From Camelus dromedarius (Eukaryota), in assembly GCF_036321535.1 (NCBI RefSeq), contig NC_087437.1:5456001-5520000 (forward strand): 64,000 nt of DNA. Reading direction: 5' to 3'. Under the pieces are notes generated by a model. That model ran no database searches and was not told the DNA's origin. It saw nothing but the letters and a program-made list of their open reading frames with translations. Positions 13,601 through 25,885 of the stretch are shown here, in pieces (position 1 is the first letter of the stretch; each line of letters starts with the position of its first letter). The position numbers were made by a program, and so were the translations under genes.

Positions 13601-14392
13601 AAAAATGGGGTAATATTTTTATACATTAACTGATCTGATTTCCCATCCCCCAGTGTACTTCTTGTTACTCGGTATTAACTCCTTTGGCACCAATTTAGAC
13701 AGCTGGAGAAGACAGTTTGCCACTATATATTGCAACCAGAGGATGTGAAGCTGTTGGAATGGATGCCACCCTGGATGTCGGTGACACTGATCGGGTTCCC
13801 TAAGCCTGCTCAGGCTTTGGCCCAATTTGGACTTATGCACAACTCTAGGGGAGCTGGGGCCAGTCCCGAAATTGACTGGGAATAAGTTTCCACCACCTCT
13901 GTCCCCTCTGACATGTTGTTATAGAAATGTAAGGTAAGTTTTATGCTTAGCATATCTGAGTAGCTACTATGCTAATAGGAGATGAATGTGTGTGGTGTTG
14001 GGAGAGACTGGACACTTGAAGGCTGAAACTGATGATGAGCAAATGGACATAAGGTGCCCCACCCACCCCTCCCCATGCTGTATAGGAGGAAACTCTTAAC
14101 GTTAGCACGTGGGCCAGGTGGTACACTGTGAACACAGCTTCTCAAGATATCAGCTCCTAAAAAGTCTTTCCAGATATTATTTTTTAATAAAGGGCTTCCT
14201 TCAAAAGGTTTTGTTAACTGAGATTTAACCTCATGGCCTGATAGGTAGCCATTTATTCCTCTCCAATTTCCCCAACTGCAGGAGGGCTCTCATGGTTGTG
14301 ATCTAGTCATTCCTCCATTTCCTGGAATGCCCTGACTTCTAAAATAATATGATGAATGAATGAATGAACAGGATAAACAAGGGAGTACCATT

Positions 14393-14763
14393 TGTCTTAG
14401 TCCATTCCGGCTGCTGTAATTAAACACCATAGGACAGGTGGCTTATACACAACATTTATTTCCTACAGTTCTGGAAGCTGAGAAATCCAGGATCATCCCC
14501 CTCAGGTGCCCCCCCCCCCACTAGTCGCTGTTTGATGAGGGCCTACGTCCTAGATGGCCATCTCTTTTATATAACGTCACATGGTGGGAAGGACCAGGGA
14601 GCTCTCTGGGGCCTCTTTTATAAGGGCACTAATCCCATTCATGGGGGCTCCACCCTCATGACCTAATTGCCTTCCGAAGTCCCCACCTCCTAATACCACC
14701 ACTATGGGGATTAGGATGTCAACGCATGAATTTTGAGAGGACACAAACATTCAGACCGTAGCA
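14393..14763 (-). mobile_element. MLT1A-type (MaLR) solo LTR
   Basis: TG...CA ends; minus strand starts tgctacggtctgaatgtttgtgtcc; perfect 5-bp TSD CCATT (14388-14392, 14764-14768). Confidence 0.92.
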
Positions 14764-14818
14764 CCATTCATGCCAGGAGCTAATACAGTACTTACATGTT
14801 GGATTAATAATGTTTCTT

Positions 14819-15257
14819 CTAAGTGAACTAAGCCAGAGAGAGAAAGAAAAATACCATGTGATATCACTTATATGTGAAATCTGAAAAAGAAGGCACAAAT
14901 GAGTTTATTTACAAAACAGAAACAGACTCACAGGCATAGAAAACAAACTTATGGTTACCAGGGGGGAAAGGGGGTGGGAAGGGAAAAACTGGGAGTCCGA
15001 GATTTGCAGATACTAACTCCTATATTTAAAATAGATAAACAACAAGTTTCTTCTGTATAGTATAGGGAAATCTATTCAGTATCTTGTCATAACCTATAAT
15101 GAAAAAGCATATGAAAAGGAATATATGTATGTATATGTATTTCTGAAACATTATGGTGTACATGTGAAATTGACACAACATTGTAAACTGACTATACTCG
15201 AATTAAAAAACAATAATAAATAAATAAAAATACAAGAGATGGAGGTTCAGGGAAAAA
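14819..15257 (+). mobile_element. 5'-truncated young L1 3' end
   Basis: 3' UTR similar to the 4402 and 18620 copies; TSD aatgtttctt at 14809-14818 and 15258-15267. Confidence 0.93.
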
Positions 15258-16068
15258 AATGTTTCTTGAAAAGCCCACTCTCTCCCTCCTCCTAACTCAT
15301 TCTGTTCTCCCCAGCCCTTTTTGAATCACATTCAGAGGGTTTAAATGCCAGTGGCTGCAGGTCCACTACCCTCCCTTTCATCAGTTCTACTCGGCTGAAG
15401 TGGGAGTCCTGGAATAAAGTTCTCCATCCGTCAATCATCACCGAGGCCTTTTCTCTCGGCTCTAGTGTTCCAAGTCAAAGTATCAAAGGTCAGGCTGAAG
15501 GCACTGGCACCTTAGAGGAGAGCACGAGAAACTTTTTAACAGGGCTGAGGCCTGGTTTTGGCATGCAAATTCAGCTAAGCAACAGCTGGATAGCAACAGG
15601 CCAGACTCAAGCATCTGCCTTCTTCTCTGGGCGTTAGTATAAGCATCTTAGCCCCAAGGCTATTATTAAGAAATTATCAATATTTGACAAGTGTTAGCAC
15701 TTTCTGAAAAGACAGCCAGTAAAGTCATGCAGGACTAGACCTCAGTGGTCAAGACATAACAAGGCAAGGTCGTATTCTCACCTCTCCTTTCCTTTCAAAG
15801 TCATTACACTAATCTGATTATCTTCAGGAGGGAAACTCTGGTTCCAAAAGTTGCCTCTGCTCTTGTATTTGCTCTAAGCCCCATTAAAGGCTCTAACCAA
15901 GAATCTACATGTAAACGTCATTTTAAATAAACTTAGAGTGTGTCAGGCAGGGTTCTCATTGCACACCAGAGACCTGGGCTCTGGCTACCTTAAGGTGTAA
16001 AGAAAATTTGAAAACCCTCTTTAGGCAGCTCACAGGATCGACAGGGACTCGAGGAACCAGACTTGGGC

Positions 16069-16585
16069 TGTGCAGCTAATTATATTTTCCAAAGACGGCC
16101 TCCAACAGTATCTCCTGCCCAAGAACCTTGCCATTCCCCTACCAAAAGGGGAGTCTAATTTCCCCGTCCTTAATCTGAGCAGTTTGTGACATATTTGTGA
16201 CCAATAGAATGTGGCATAAGTAAAGCCACGTGACTTCTGTAGCTGGAAGATAATGCAGCTTCCTCTTAGATAGCTGGAGTTCACTCTCCAAACGTTCAGT
16301 GACCAAGCAAGCAGCTCAGTGCTTTGAGGTCGCCATGTTGTGAGGAAGCCCAAACTAGCCCACACAGAGACCACATGGAGAGGACCAGCGAGCACATGAG
16401 GAGAGGAAGAGATGCCCAGTGAGCCCCAGGCCACTCCAGCCCTCACTGACTTACACCACCAGAACCACCTAGCTTAGCCCTCCCCCAGTTCTGACCCACA
16501 AATGTCATGATAAAAACTAAATGGCTGTTGTTTTAGCCACTAGGTTTTGGGGTTACTTGTTACACGGCAATGGATAACCAGAACA
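16069..16585 (+). mobile_element. MLT1G/H-like MaLR LTR
   Basis: tgtg...gaccaatagaatgtggca...ttttagccactaggttttgggg...gataaccagaaca. Confidence 0.8.
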
Positions 16586-17685
16586 GTCAGGAACAAAGGA
16601 GTATAAGAAGAGGCCCAGAAACAGTTTGTTCAAGAAGGACCCTCTCACCATCTTGATTTCCTCCACTTCTCCCAGACTTTACGCTGCCGAGTTCCTGGGT
16701 CTAAAGAGATATATGAGAAAATGAACAATGAATGAACGTAAATCTTGAGATTTCAGGGGCATACCAAATGTTCTTCTAAGTGTGAGGTTAATAACCTGAA
16801 GCAAACTCCCCAGTGGTCTCCAGACCACCCTCCTGCTTCTCCTGGTCTCTACTGCAAAACAAACCTAAGCCAAAGATACCCGGTGGTGTTTTGTCTGGGG
16901 AGGTACCCATTTTGTGACTCTGTCTTCTTTTTAAAACTGAGTCTATATACTTTAGATGCTCATTTTCTTGTTTTAAAAACGTTGGTTGAAATATGCAAGA
17001 AAAACACCAAGCTTTTTAAAACACACACATCTATGCATACCTTGTAGGACTTGCATATTAAGACTCATTCAATCCTCAGCTCATTTGGAGAGAGAGAGCC
17101 TTTGGCCCAAGGAGACAATGATAGTAATCATTCCTGTTACTTTCTGAGAGTAGCATACCTCACTTTCAAGTTCCCAGTTTTGGTTCTCCTTGTAACACTC
17201 AGAAGAAAATTTCTTTGGCATTTTTACTTAAACAAAACCCAGTCACAACTAACAGCTGCTTCAGGATTTTTAAACCTTGACATCTGGGGATTTCCCAGAA
17301 AGCATTATTCATATTATAAGTAAAATGTGTTCAGAAGGGAAAATACAGCCCCTGACTCATCTGCCTGACTACACAACCAGTACAGCATCATCTATTCCTG
17401 ACACAGAAACCCGCCGGGGTGTTGGAATGACAGCAATAACCCACAAATGATGGCGATGTCCCATTTCCAGATAGTGGAATCCTGTAAAGCCACAGCTTTT
17501 CCAAGTGTGTTTGCCAGGAGGATTATCAACGGACATTGCCAGAACTTGGCTTGTCTGCGCTGCCAGACAGGACCAGGGAGGATCAGACCATCATACACAT
17601 TTGCATAAAGGCTAAAGATTGATGTCTTAGGTCTCCAGATTCTGTCACTAAACAACAAATCGCACCAAAGTGCCAAAGCTCCACT

Positions 17686-18365
17686 GCCCCAGGTGAGGGG
17701 TTGGAACTCCAGTTTTCCCAAGGGCATTTCTCAGGTGAGGATGGCCATGCGAGATTTTAGCAGCAAACAGTAGAAGAGCTGCTGGGAATCTGGGTGAGGT
17801 GCAAGGGCCCCTGTTATGACCTAAACTTGGAATCACAGAGTGACATTTTCACCATACCCTGTTATTCAAAGCAGTCACACACTCAACCAGATTTGAGGGG
17901 AGGGACATAGACACCACCCCCCTTAATGAGAGAAGTCACGTGGTAAGAAGAGCCCATGGGATGAGAGACATTGTGGTCACCACCTTTGGAAATTACAATG
18001 TGCCACAGGTCAGGTTCTCTAGAAGCAGAGCTTGAAATAGGGATCCTTGTGCCAGTCACTTTTTAAGACCGTAGGAAGGAGGTGATGCCAACAAGGATGT
18101 GGTTTCAGATGAGGTCTAGCCTCAGTCTGATCTCACGAGGACTTCTGGGGCATACGTTGCCCTGCGGTATCTGTTCTGCATTGAGGCAAGAAGGTAGGGC
18201 TCTTGTGCACCCACAGCAGTCAAGCACTCGTTCAAAGAAGCCCCAGGTGAGGGGCTGGAACTCCAGTTTCCCAAGGGCATTTCTCAGGTGAGGATGGCCG
18301 TGCGAGCTTTTAGCAGCAAACAGTAGAAGAGCCGCTGGGAATCTGGGTGAGGTGCAAGGGCCCTG
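17686..18365 (+). repeat. Local direct duplication of about 127 bp (17686-17813 and 18240-18365)
   Basis: By eye the copies differ by 4 substitutions and 2 single-base indels. Confidence 0.95.
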
Positions 18366-18619
18366 CTACAGGAGGGACCTGAGGGTGTGTTCAGGGACTG
18401 GTTTCTATAGGGACCAGCAGGGGAGGACGTGAGTCTCAGGTCAGTCCTGAGGTCAGTCCTGAGGATGGGGGTGTTAAAGAGTTTAGTGGGAGAACCATTC
18501 ATGGCACATCCTAGGTGTCTTCTCCAAACAGGATTTGGGGACGCACTTAGCAGACGTGTGGGGTTCAGGGCAGAAAACCTACTTACCCTGGCTTAAGCAA
18601 AAAGAAAATGTACTTCAAG

Positions 18620-19622
18620 AATTTAAAATAGCTCAAACAACTTAATAACAAAAAAAAAAAAAAAAATCTAATCCAAAAATGAGCAGAAGACCTAAACAAG
18701 CAATTCTCCAATGAAGACATACAATGGCTAATAGGCACATGAAAAAATGTTCAATATCGCTAATTATCAGAGAAATGCAAATCAAAACTACAGTGAGGTA
18801 TCACCTCACACCAGCCAGAATGGCCATTATTCAAAAGTCTACAAATGATAAATGCTGGAGAAGATGTGGAGAAAAGGGAAGTGTCCTACACTGTTGGTGG
18901 GAATGCAGTTTGCTGCAGCCATTATGCAAGACAGTAGAGAGATTCCTCAAGAAACTAAAAGTAGACTTATCATATGATCCAGCAATCCCAATCCTGGGTA
19001 TATATCCAGAAAATCAAAAAACTCTAATTCAAAAAGGCACATGCACCCGAATATTCATAGCAGCACTATTTACAATAGCCAAGACATGAAAACAACCTAA
19101 CTGTCCATCAACAGATGACTGGATAAAGAAGCTGTGGTATATTTATACAATGGAATACTACTCAGCCATAAAAAAGAGTAAAATAATGCCATTTGCAGCA
19201 ACATGGGTGGACCTAGAGATTATCATACTTAGTAAAGTAAGTCAGACAGAGAATGACAAATATCATATATCATTTATATGTGGAATCTAAAAAAAATGAT
19301 ACAAAGAACTTATTTACAAAACAGAAACAGACTCAGACATAGAACACAAATTTATGTTTACCAAAGTGGAAAGGGGAGGAGGGATAAATTAAGAGTTTGG
19401 GATTAGCAGATACACACTATTACATATAAATAGATAAATAACAAGGTCTTACTGTATAGCACAGGGAACTATATTCAATATCTTATAATAATCTATAATA
19501 AGTAATATGAAATAATATGAAAAATAGTATATATATGAAAATAAAAATGTATAACTGAATCACTATGCTGTACACCAGAAATTAACACAACATTGTAAAT
19601 TAACTATACTTCAATTTTAAAA
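18620..19622 (+). mobile_element. 5'-truncated young L1 (ORF2 C-terminus and 3' UTR)
   Basis: ORF 18724-19089 is the L1 ORF2 C-terminal cysteine-rich region ([19 protein letters not shown]...HCWWEC...[12 protein letters not shown]). Confidence 0.95.
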
Positions 19623-21807
19623 AGAGGCCCATAGACCCCATTCAGAGTCAGATGTCCTTCAGCTTAGGTTGCATCTTATTCCTCTACCAGTGACAATCTT
19701 GATTCCAGAGCTTGGAGTCAGAGTCACAAACATGGAGATTTAATCACCCAGGAGAGGCTGTGTGGCTCCAGCTTTGAGGCTGAAGGGATTTGAAAGCAGG
19801 AGGCTCAAAGGTCTTCACAATTTTGTTCTCTAGCTAGATCAGAGATCCTAAGAGATCACATAAATTTTACCTGTAAATTTTGTCTGATCAAATCTCATAA
19901 AATATTAGAAGTTTGAAAAATAAGATCTGTGAAGAAAGTCAAAGAAATTGGTGTTAATTAACCAGGGAAAACAAACTGAAACACACATACACACACAATC
20001 ACAGAGACAGAAGTGTATTTTTAATTAAGTCATCTTCCTTATTTAAAAAGATGGTAACTAGCCATTCTTGAGCTCTACAAAGGATGAAATAAAAAGCAAG
20101 TGGGCTTAATTGCAGCATTGGGGAATTAAATATGAGCAGGAATTCTTTGTTCAACATTGGCCTAAATTTTAAGTTCTATTTAATTGTAAGCTTCCTCTGG
20201 GTAAAAGAACTGTGTCTTCTTCATCTTCCCCAAAGTTTGAAAGGATGGATAACTGAGAACTCAAAAGAGTAGAATAAATAGAGACATAGACCTCTACCAG
20301 ATTCTATAACTTTTAAGATTTTATTTATGGCTACAATGAATCTGATTTATCCATTGTATTAGTTAGGAATATTTTGGCTGCAAGTATGAGATAAACTGAC
20401 TACATTGATTTAAACAAATACGGGATTGTTTTTCTTACATAACAGAAAGTCTCAAGGCAGCAACTTGCTGGCCCTGGTTTGCAACTCATGATTTTTTTTT
20501 GGCCTTTCCCTCGTGGTTGAAAGATAGCTGCTGCAACTCCAGGTATCACATCAATCTTCTATCAGAAAAAAAAGGAAGAGGGAAGAAACAACACCTATTT
20601 GGCAGAAGTGTATGCTTTCTCCCATATGGAGAAAGCATAACTTCAGAAGGAGAAAAGGTGGCCACAGCCACACAGAAATGTGCAGAGTTTAGAGGGCATG
20701 TGAGAACAAGGGAAAAAGAACTAACGAGTCTTAAGTCTCTGAATCTAATTGTGAATGGACTTCCACTTATGTGAGCCATAAATCCCCCTTCTTTTCAAAC
20801 TAGTTTACTTGGATTTTTGTCCACTGCACCTGAAAGTCTTGATTAATTCAGAGGTCGGACAAATACCCAATAACACACATGCTGTTTATTTGGAATTAAG
20901 GGAGAAGTTTATCAAGGGGAAATGGAAAAAATTCTTCATGTTCTTATACTGAGCTTAGAAGATTTTTTTAAGTGCTTAGAAATATCATAGTGTGCAAATA
21001 CTGCTGTTAAACAATTACAATTTCTGAAATTATTTCCTGTTTTTTTAGAGGCCACTTATGGACCTCCAAGATGAGCTGTGTATGCTGCCTGCCCCTTTAC
21101 TGTGATTACTTTACATACTGGAAAATATTGCTATAGAGCGGACCTTCAGATGACAGCCTGGGCAGATGGGAATGGGCCAAAACAGGAGCCAGACAGCCCA
21201 GTTCTCACCTGTGCTCTGTGGACTCATCAAAGTTACTTGGCCTCTCTGGGCCTCGGTTTCTTCATCTTTTCAACCAAAGACATGAACTGAAGCTTTCTGA
21301 GGCCTACTTTGCCTCTACTGTTCCTTGTCAATGTGATCACTTAGACTAACTCCTGATTTTACTCATAAGGCCCAGGGGCTCGCCTGGTCCCACAGCAAGG
21401 ACATAGGCTGGAACCCAGACCTCCCGACTCTGAGACTGTCCTCTGAGTCAGACTAACGTCCTTGCCCGTTAGGGGAGAGAAGCAGGTCCTGGCAGGCTGA
21501 TAGGACTTACTTTCATTTGTTGGGATGCACCTATTTCATTCCATAATGCTGAGTAGGGGGAATGAGGCCCAGGTCACAGCTCTGGCCCCATGTGGGCCAC
21601 TTAACTGCCCTCTCTTCATGGCCCAGGACTCATCCCCGGGACAGATGACTGGCTTGCAGATGCATGCACTTGGCACAGAAGAGCCAGGGGAGAGGTCAAG
21701 TGCATCCTGGGGGCCTACTGGGGAGTAATGGGAAAAGCCATTTGGTGTCCACGTCCCCTGGGTGGGTCTCTGAGTGTAAGAAGAAACTGTGTGCAAAATC
21801 ATAGTCT

Positions 21808-21934
21808 GGGGGGGTGGGGTGCGGGTATAGCTCAGTGATAGAGCGCATGCTTAGCATGCGCAAGGTCCTGGGTTCAACCCCCAGTATCTCCACTAAATAA
21901 ACAAACAAACAAATAAATAAATAAATAAATAAAT
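21808..21934 (+). mobile_element. tRNA-Ala(AGC)-derived SINE (camelid vic-1-like)
   Basis: gggtatagctcagtgatagagcgcatgcttagcatg...ggttcaacccccagtatctcca, (AAAT)n tail, degenerate TSD aaaatcatagtct / aaaattattgtcc. Confidence 0.92.
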
Positions 21935-22974
21935 AAAATTATTGTCCAGGTAGGAGGTCAGACGCCAAGAGGTGGGGGTCAGCCCCTCCCTAGCCACGCC
22001 TCCCATCCCGCTAACAAGGACAGTGCGGTGAGAAGTCTACGGGGCGGGGCTGAGCTGTCAGCGTGTCTCCCTGTATGTAGAGCCGTAGGTGCTCCAGGGC
22101 GATGAGAAATAGAAGAGAGAGGAGGCACTTAGGACTCAAACATGTTTGAAAAGTTCTATGTTCAGTAGATTTAATGATGCAGACACAGCCTCGAGTATGT
22201 TGAGCTCCTGTGAACCTCCAAGCAGGCTGAGAAGGCTTGAGATGTCCTCTGCGTTGGGTCAGTGGTTTGCTCCGGGTTGTTCTACCCATGTGACTCGGAA
22301 ATCCCTTTTGAAAGGAACACTTTGGTTGATAAATGCATCCTGGAGAAACGCTGAACTAGACAACATCAGGAGATCAGCACTTTCTAAGCATTTCTGACCA
22401 TGACCCACCACCATTGAGGAATACATTTTACCTCACAACCTGGTCCAAACACACTTATCCGTAAGAACTGCAACAAAGCACTCAGGACGCAAATCTGACC
22501 TCTTCTTTCGGTGACATATCCTGTATTTATACCTTGTTCTGGTCTATTCTGTTTAATTCTGTTTCCTTTTTTTTTTTTTTTTTTCAATGGTGATCGACAC
22601 TCGATTGACCCAGTAATGGGTCACCAGCCACGGTTTGGAACACATCACTTGTCATCCTTCGCATGGCTGTGTGTTGAGTGCCCAGGACTTTGCTTCCTCT
22701 GTGTACGAGGTGCTGTGGGTGGGTGCTGCTTTCCTACCCTGGAAAAGGCGAAAACTACACACAGCACACTGGTCAGTCGGTCCCCCTTCAGGAAGCTAAC
22801 CAGGGAGGCAAGACGCCGAGGTCAGGAAAATATGAATTGCAATGTAGGGCACCGTCAGCCAGCAAAGAGAAGTTGCTGTCATCACTACGCAGTCAGGGCG
22901 TGGCTGCGGGCCAAGCCAGGGCTGGCCCCTTCCTCACTCAGTCCCTTTCCTCCATGTGAGTTTGGATTGTCTGA

Positions 22975-23370
22975 GAAGCAGCCTCTGTGATGGGATGCAA
23001 CTTGCAAGGGTTTTATTAGAGGAATTCCTGCTGGAGAAAATGGAGGTGAGCTGGGAAAGACCTGGAGAGTGGTCCTGTGGTGATTGATGCCAGTCTGGCC
23101 CCGGGCGGAGGAGAGAGGGAGTGTCTAGATGGCTCTGTCATCCAGATGAGGTTTAGTCGGTTCTATTAGGGAGTCCTCGAGCCGAAGCTGGCCATCCAGG
23201 GGGTCCTGTGTCTCCACAGAACAGGACTGGTTCAGGGTTCTGCTGTGCTCACTCACTGGTTGTGGTCCCCACGCCGACGTGAAGCTGTACCTCCACCTCC
23301 GAGCACAGCGACCGGGCCCCTGACCACCTGCGCTCCCTGTGCTTGGAGGTGAGCTGGGTGCATCCTTACG
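22975..23370 (-). mobile_element. Degraded ERVL LTR (LTR16/LTR33-like)
   Basis: gaagcagcctctgtgatggga...caagggttttatt start and internal motifs resembling the LTR16 family. Confidence 0.45.
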
Positions 23371-23604
23371 GCCGCATCTCTCCTCCTCACTTTCTCCTTC
23401 CTTCAATGAGCATTAAGTGGTATCTGCCCCAAGCCAGCTCCTGTGCTGGGGTCTGTGAGGCCAAACCTAGTCCCTGCCTCCTGGAACCCGCAGTCTGGTG
23501 AAGACACAGACTGGAAGAAAGAATTCCACCCAAGGGTGCAGAATAACCACTGTAAGAAATGCTCCCGAGGGGGGGCCCTGGAACAGTCCAGAGCGTTCCC
23601 TCAA

Positions 23605-23930
23605 ATCCCTTCTCAGTCCCTCCCTGCCCACAATCTCCGGAGGCAACCACTGTTCTGTCTGTCTTTTCCACCACAGATTAATTTGGCCACAGCCTCATGG
23701 AATCGTACATGATGTACTCTTCTGCGGCTGTCTTCCTTTCACTCAGCAAAATGGCTCTGAGATCCAGCCCTGTGGCTGGGTCTGCAAGCTGCTCCTTCCT
23801 TCTGATTGCTGAGCAGTGCGCCTTTGTGTGCACAGGCTGGGATTCGTCTAGCCACTCTTTTGTTGAGGGCCTGGGCTATTTTTCAGTTTGGGGCTATTGT
23901 GAATAAATCTGCTATGAACAATCTTGTTAA
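23605..23930 (-). mobile_element. Old L1M fragment
   Basis: ggcaaccactgttctg...ctttcactcagcaaaatg...tttggggctattgtgaataaatctgctatgaaca (antisense L1 3' region). Confidence 0.8.
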
Positions 23931-24704
23931 GTGCTTACTTTTTATGATAACAAAAGCTAAAATGCCGTGAACTTGAAGCCTCCATCAAAATCTCCAGCTA
24001 AGCCTGATGGCTTTTTGGACCGCCACATGAGCAAAGAACAATTTCCCCGTGTGGCAGCCAGCCAGTGTGCCAGGTGTCCGTGGAGAGTGTCTCTCCCATC
24101 CGTTTCTAGATGGGAGAAACGGCCTCGTCTTCTAGACTAGCAAGCTGAGGCTTAGGGTAGGGGGTGAATTGCCCAAGCTCTACAGCTTGTACCTGGCAGA
24201 CCTTCGCCATTTGGAAAGTGGCAGGAATGTCAATAGTGATCTCAAGGCCAAGAAAAGATGAGCGCGATATTTTGTTTTTTCAGTTATCACTTTATGATGA
24301 CACTGATGCCATTTTTATTTGCCTTCTGGGATGGGCCTTAATTACAATAACAGAAAGTTGCGGAAGCCAAGGATTCTAAGATTCTAAGAAACCTTCAGGA
24401 ACAGCAAGCAATGTAAAAAAATTAATGATGCATTAAAAAAAATGTTTGCTGTAACAAAATTACAAAAATTAGAAAAGAATAAGAGCCTCAAAAGGTAAGT
24501 ATTTGATCAGCTTTTTGTTCATATATAAAAGCAGATACGGCCAAATTGGAATGTCTTACAGGAATGTTTTATAGGAAATCTGTAAAGGAAGGAAAGAAAG
24601 ATTTACAACTAGTGTTTGTCTAGTATACACTCAGTGCCAGGAGACCCTCAGCTGGACAACGTACCTACATTTAACTCATTTCATCTTACAAGCAGCTTCA
24701 ATAT

Positions 24705-25168
24705 CCAGTCTCCCCTTCCTTTTTAATAATGGAACTCCCAATTTTTTGCAAGACATGTGGCCTCACAGAAGCAAAACAATTCTCAGCTTCCTTTGTAGCT
24801 AGGTTTGGCATTTGCTAAGTTCCGACCAATGGATGTAAACAGAAGGGGCATGTGCAACTTCCAGGAAGAAAGTCATCTTAAAAGGAGGGGTGTGCTCTTT
24901 TACTCCTTCCTCCTTCCCAATGAATGGAAGCAGATGTGATGGCTGGAGGTAGAGCAGCCATATAGGACTATGAGGTAGAAGAAACGTGGAGAAAATGGCA
25001 GAACAAATACATAGAAAGTTTGGGTATTTGATCACCATGGAGCCACCATACAAGTTCTGAACTGTGCATCTCCAAAATTTATGTGAGGAAAAAATACACT
25101 TCTCTTGTTTAAGCTACTATTAATTAGTCTGTGTTTTCTGTCATTCTGGCAGAATCTAATCCTGACAT
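24705..25168 (+). mobile_element. MLT1J-like MaLR LTR
   Basis: cagcttcctttgtagctagg...gaccaatggatgtaa...ttgtttaagctactatt. Confidence 0.75.
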
Positions 25169-25476
25169 AAGAGGGATTGCCATCTCCATTTTACACATGA
25201 AGAAGGTCCCCAAGAGCCACAGATCTGGATAGTGACTCTGAGAAAATTACTTACCATCCTAAAGCTCCGTTTCTCCTAAGATGGAGACAGCAGTAATTTC
25301 ATTGCGAGGGCTAAGTGAGGTGCTGGACTGGGCCTGCCACTGACTAAGTGATCAATAAATGCTGGCTTTTATTATTAGTCTCTGGGGCTGGGCTGGAGTC
25401 ACACCCTAATTATTTCCCCTCTTCCATAGCATTCTTTCTTCCATTTGGGGCTGTCAGCTTAAATAATAGCCAGTTA

Positions 25477-25885
25477 TGTTACCAGCAAGAGTGGGTTTAT
25501 TTGGATATAGCCAGAGGAACTGCAGTTCAGGAGCTGTGGACATAGGCAAAGCTAAAGAATTGGAAAGGGGAACTCACTTTTATAGAGGAAAAGGGGGAGC
25601 TGGCAGGGCTGTGATAACCAGAGAGTCCATCGGAGGAACTGGGGTTGCAAAGCATGGAGGTGTCTCATTGGTTGGGCTGCTACGTCTCTGATTGCCTGGG
25701 CAGGCCTAGGGCAGAGAGAAGAGTTCTTCCTGCTGGAGAGTAGGTAGAAGCACCTCCCTGATGGCGTCAGAGGGCCCAAGTCTCTCCCTGTTTGGAGTAA
25801 TTGATGATGTGTGACGGGACGGGAGCCCCGCTATGGGCCTTTCCTGACTCCAACATCAGCTGTGGTTGCTTCAGTCAATTCCACG
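25477..25885 (-). mobile_element. Probable ERV1-type LTR remnant
   Basis: tgttacc terminus, gggtttatt (poly(A) signal on minus strand) and cttttatag (TATA on minus strand); no convincing TSD. Confidence 0.45.

Noticed and set aside
17686..18365. 127-bp repeats as paired LTRs of a mini-retroelement
   Set aside because: No TG...CA termini, TSD, primer-binding site or polypurine tract; the intervening DNA is unrelated old LTR sequence.
21820..21892. Apparent tRNA-Ala(AGC) genes (also near 42890-42960 and 51415-51485)
   Set aside because: A-rich tails, TSD-like flanks, mismatched acceptor stems and no oligo-T terminator indicate SINEs.
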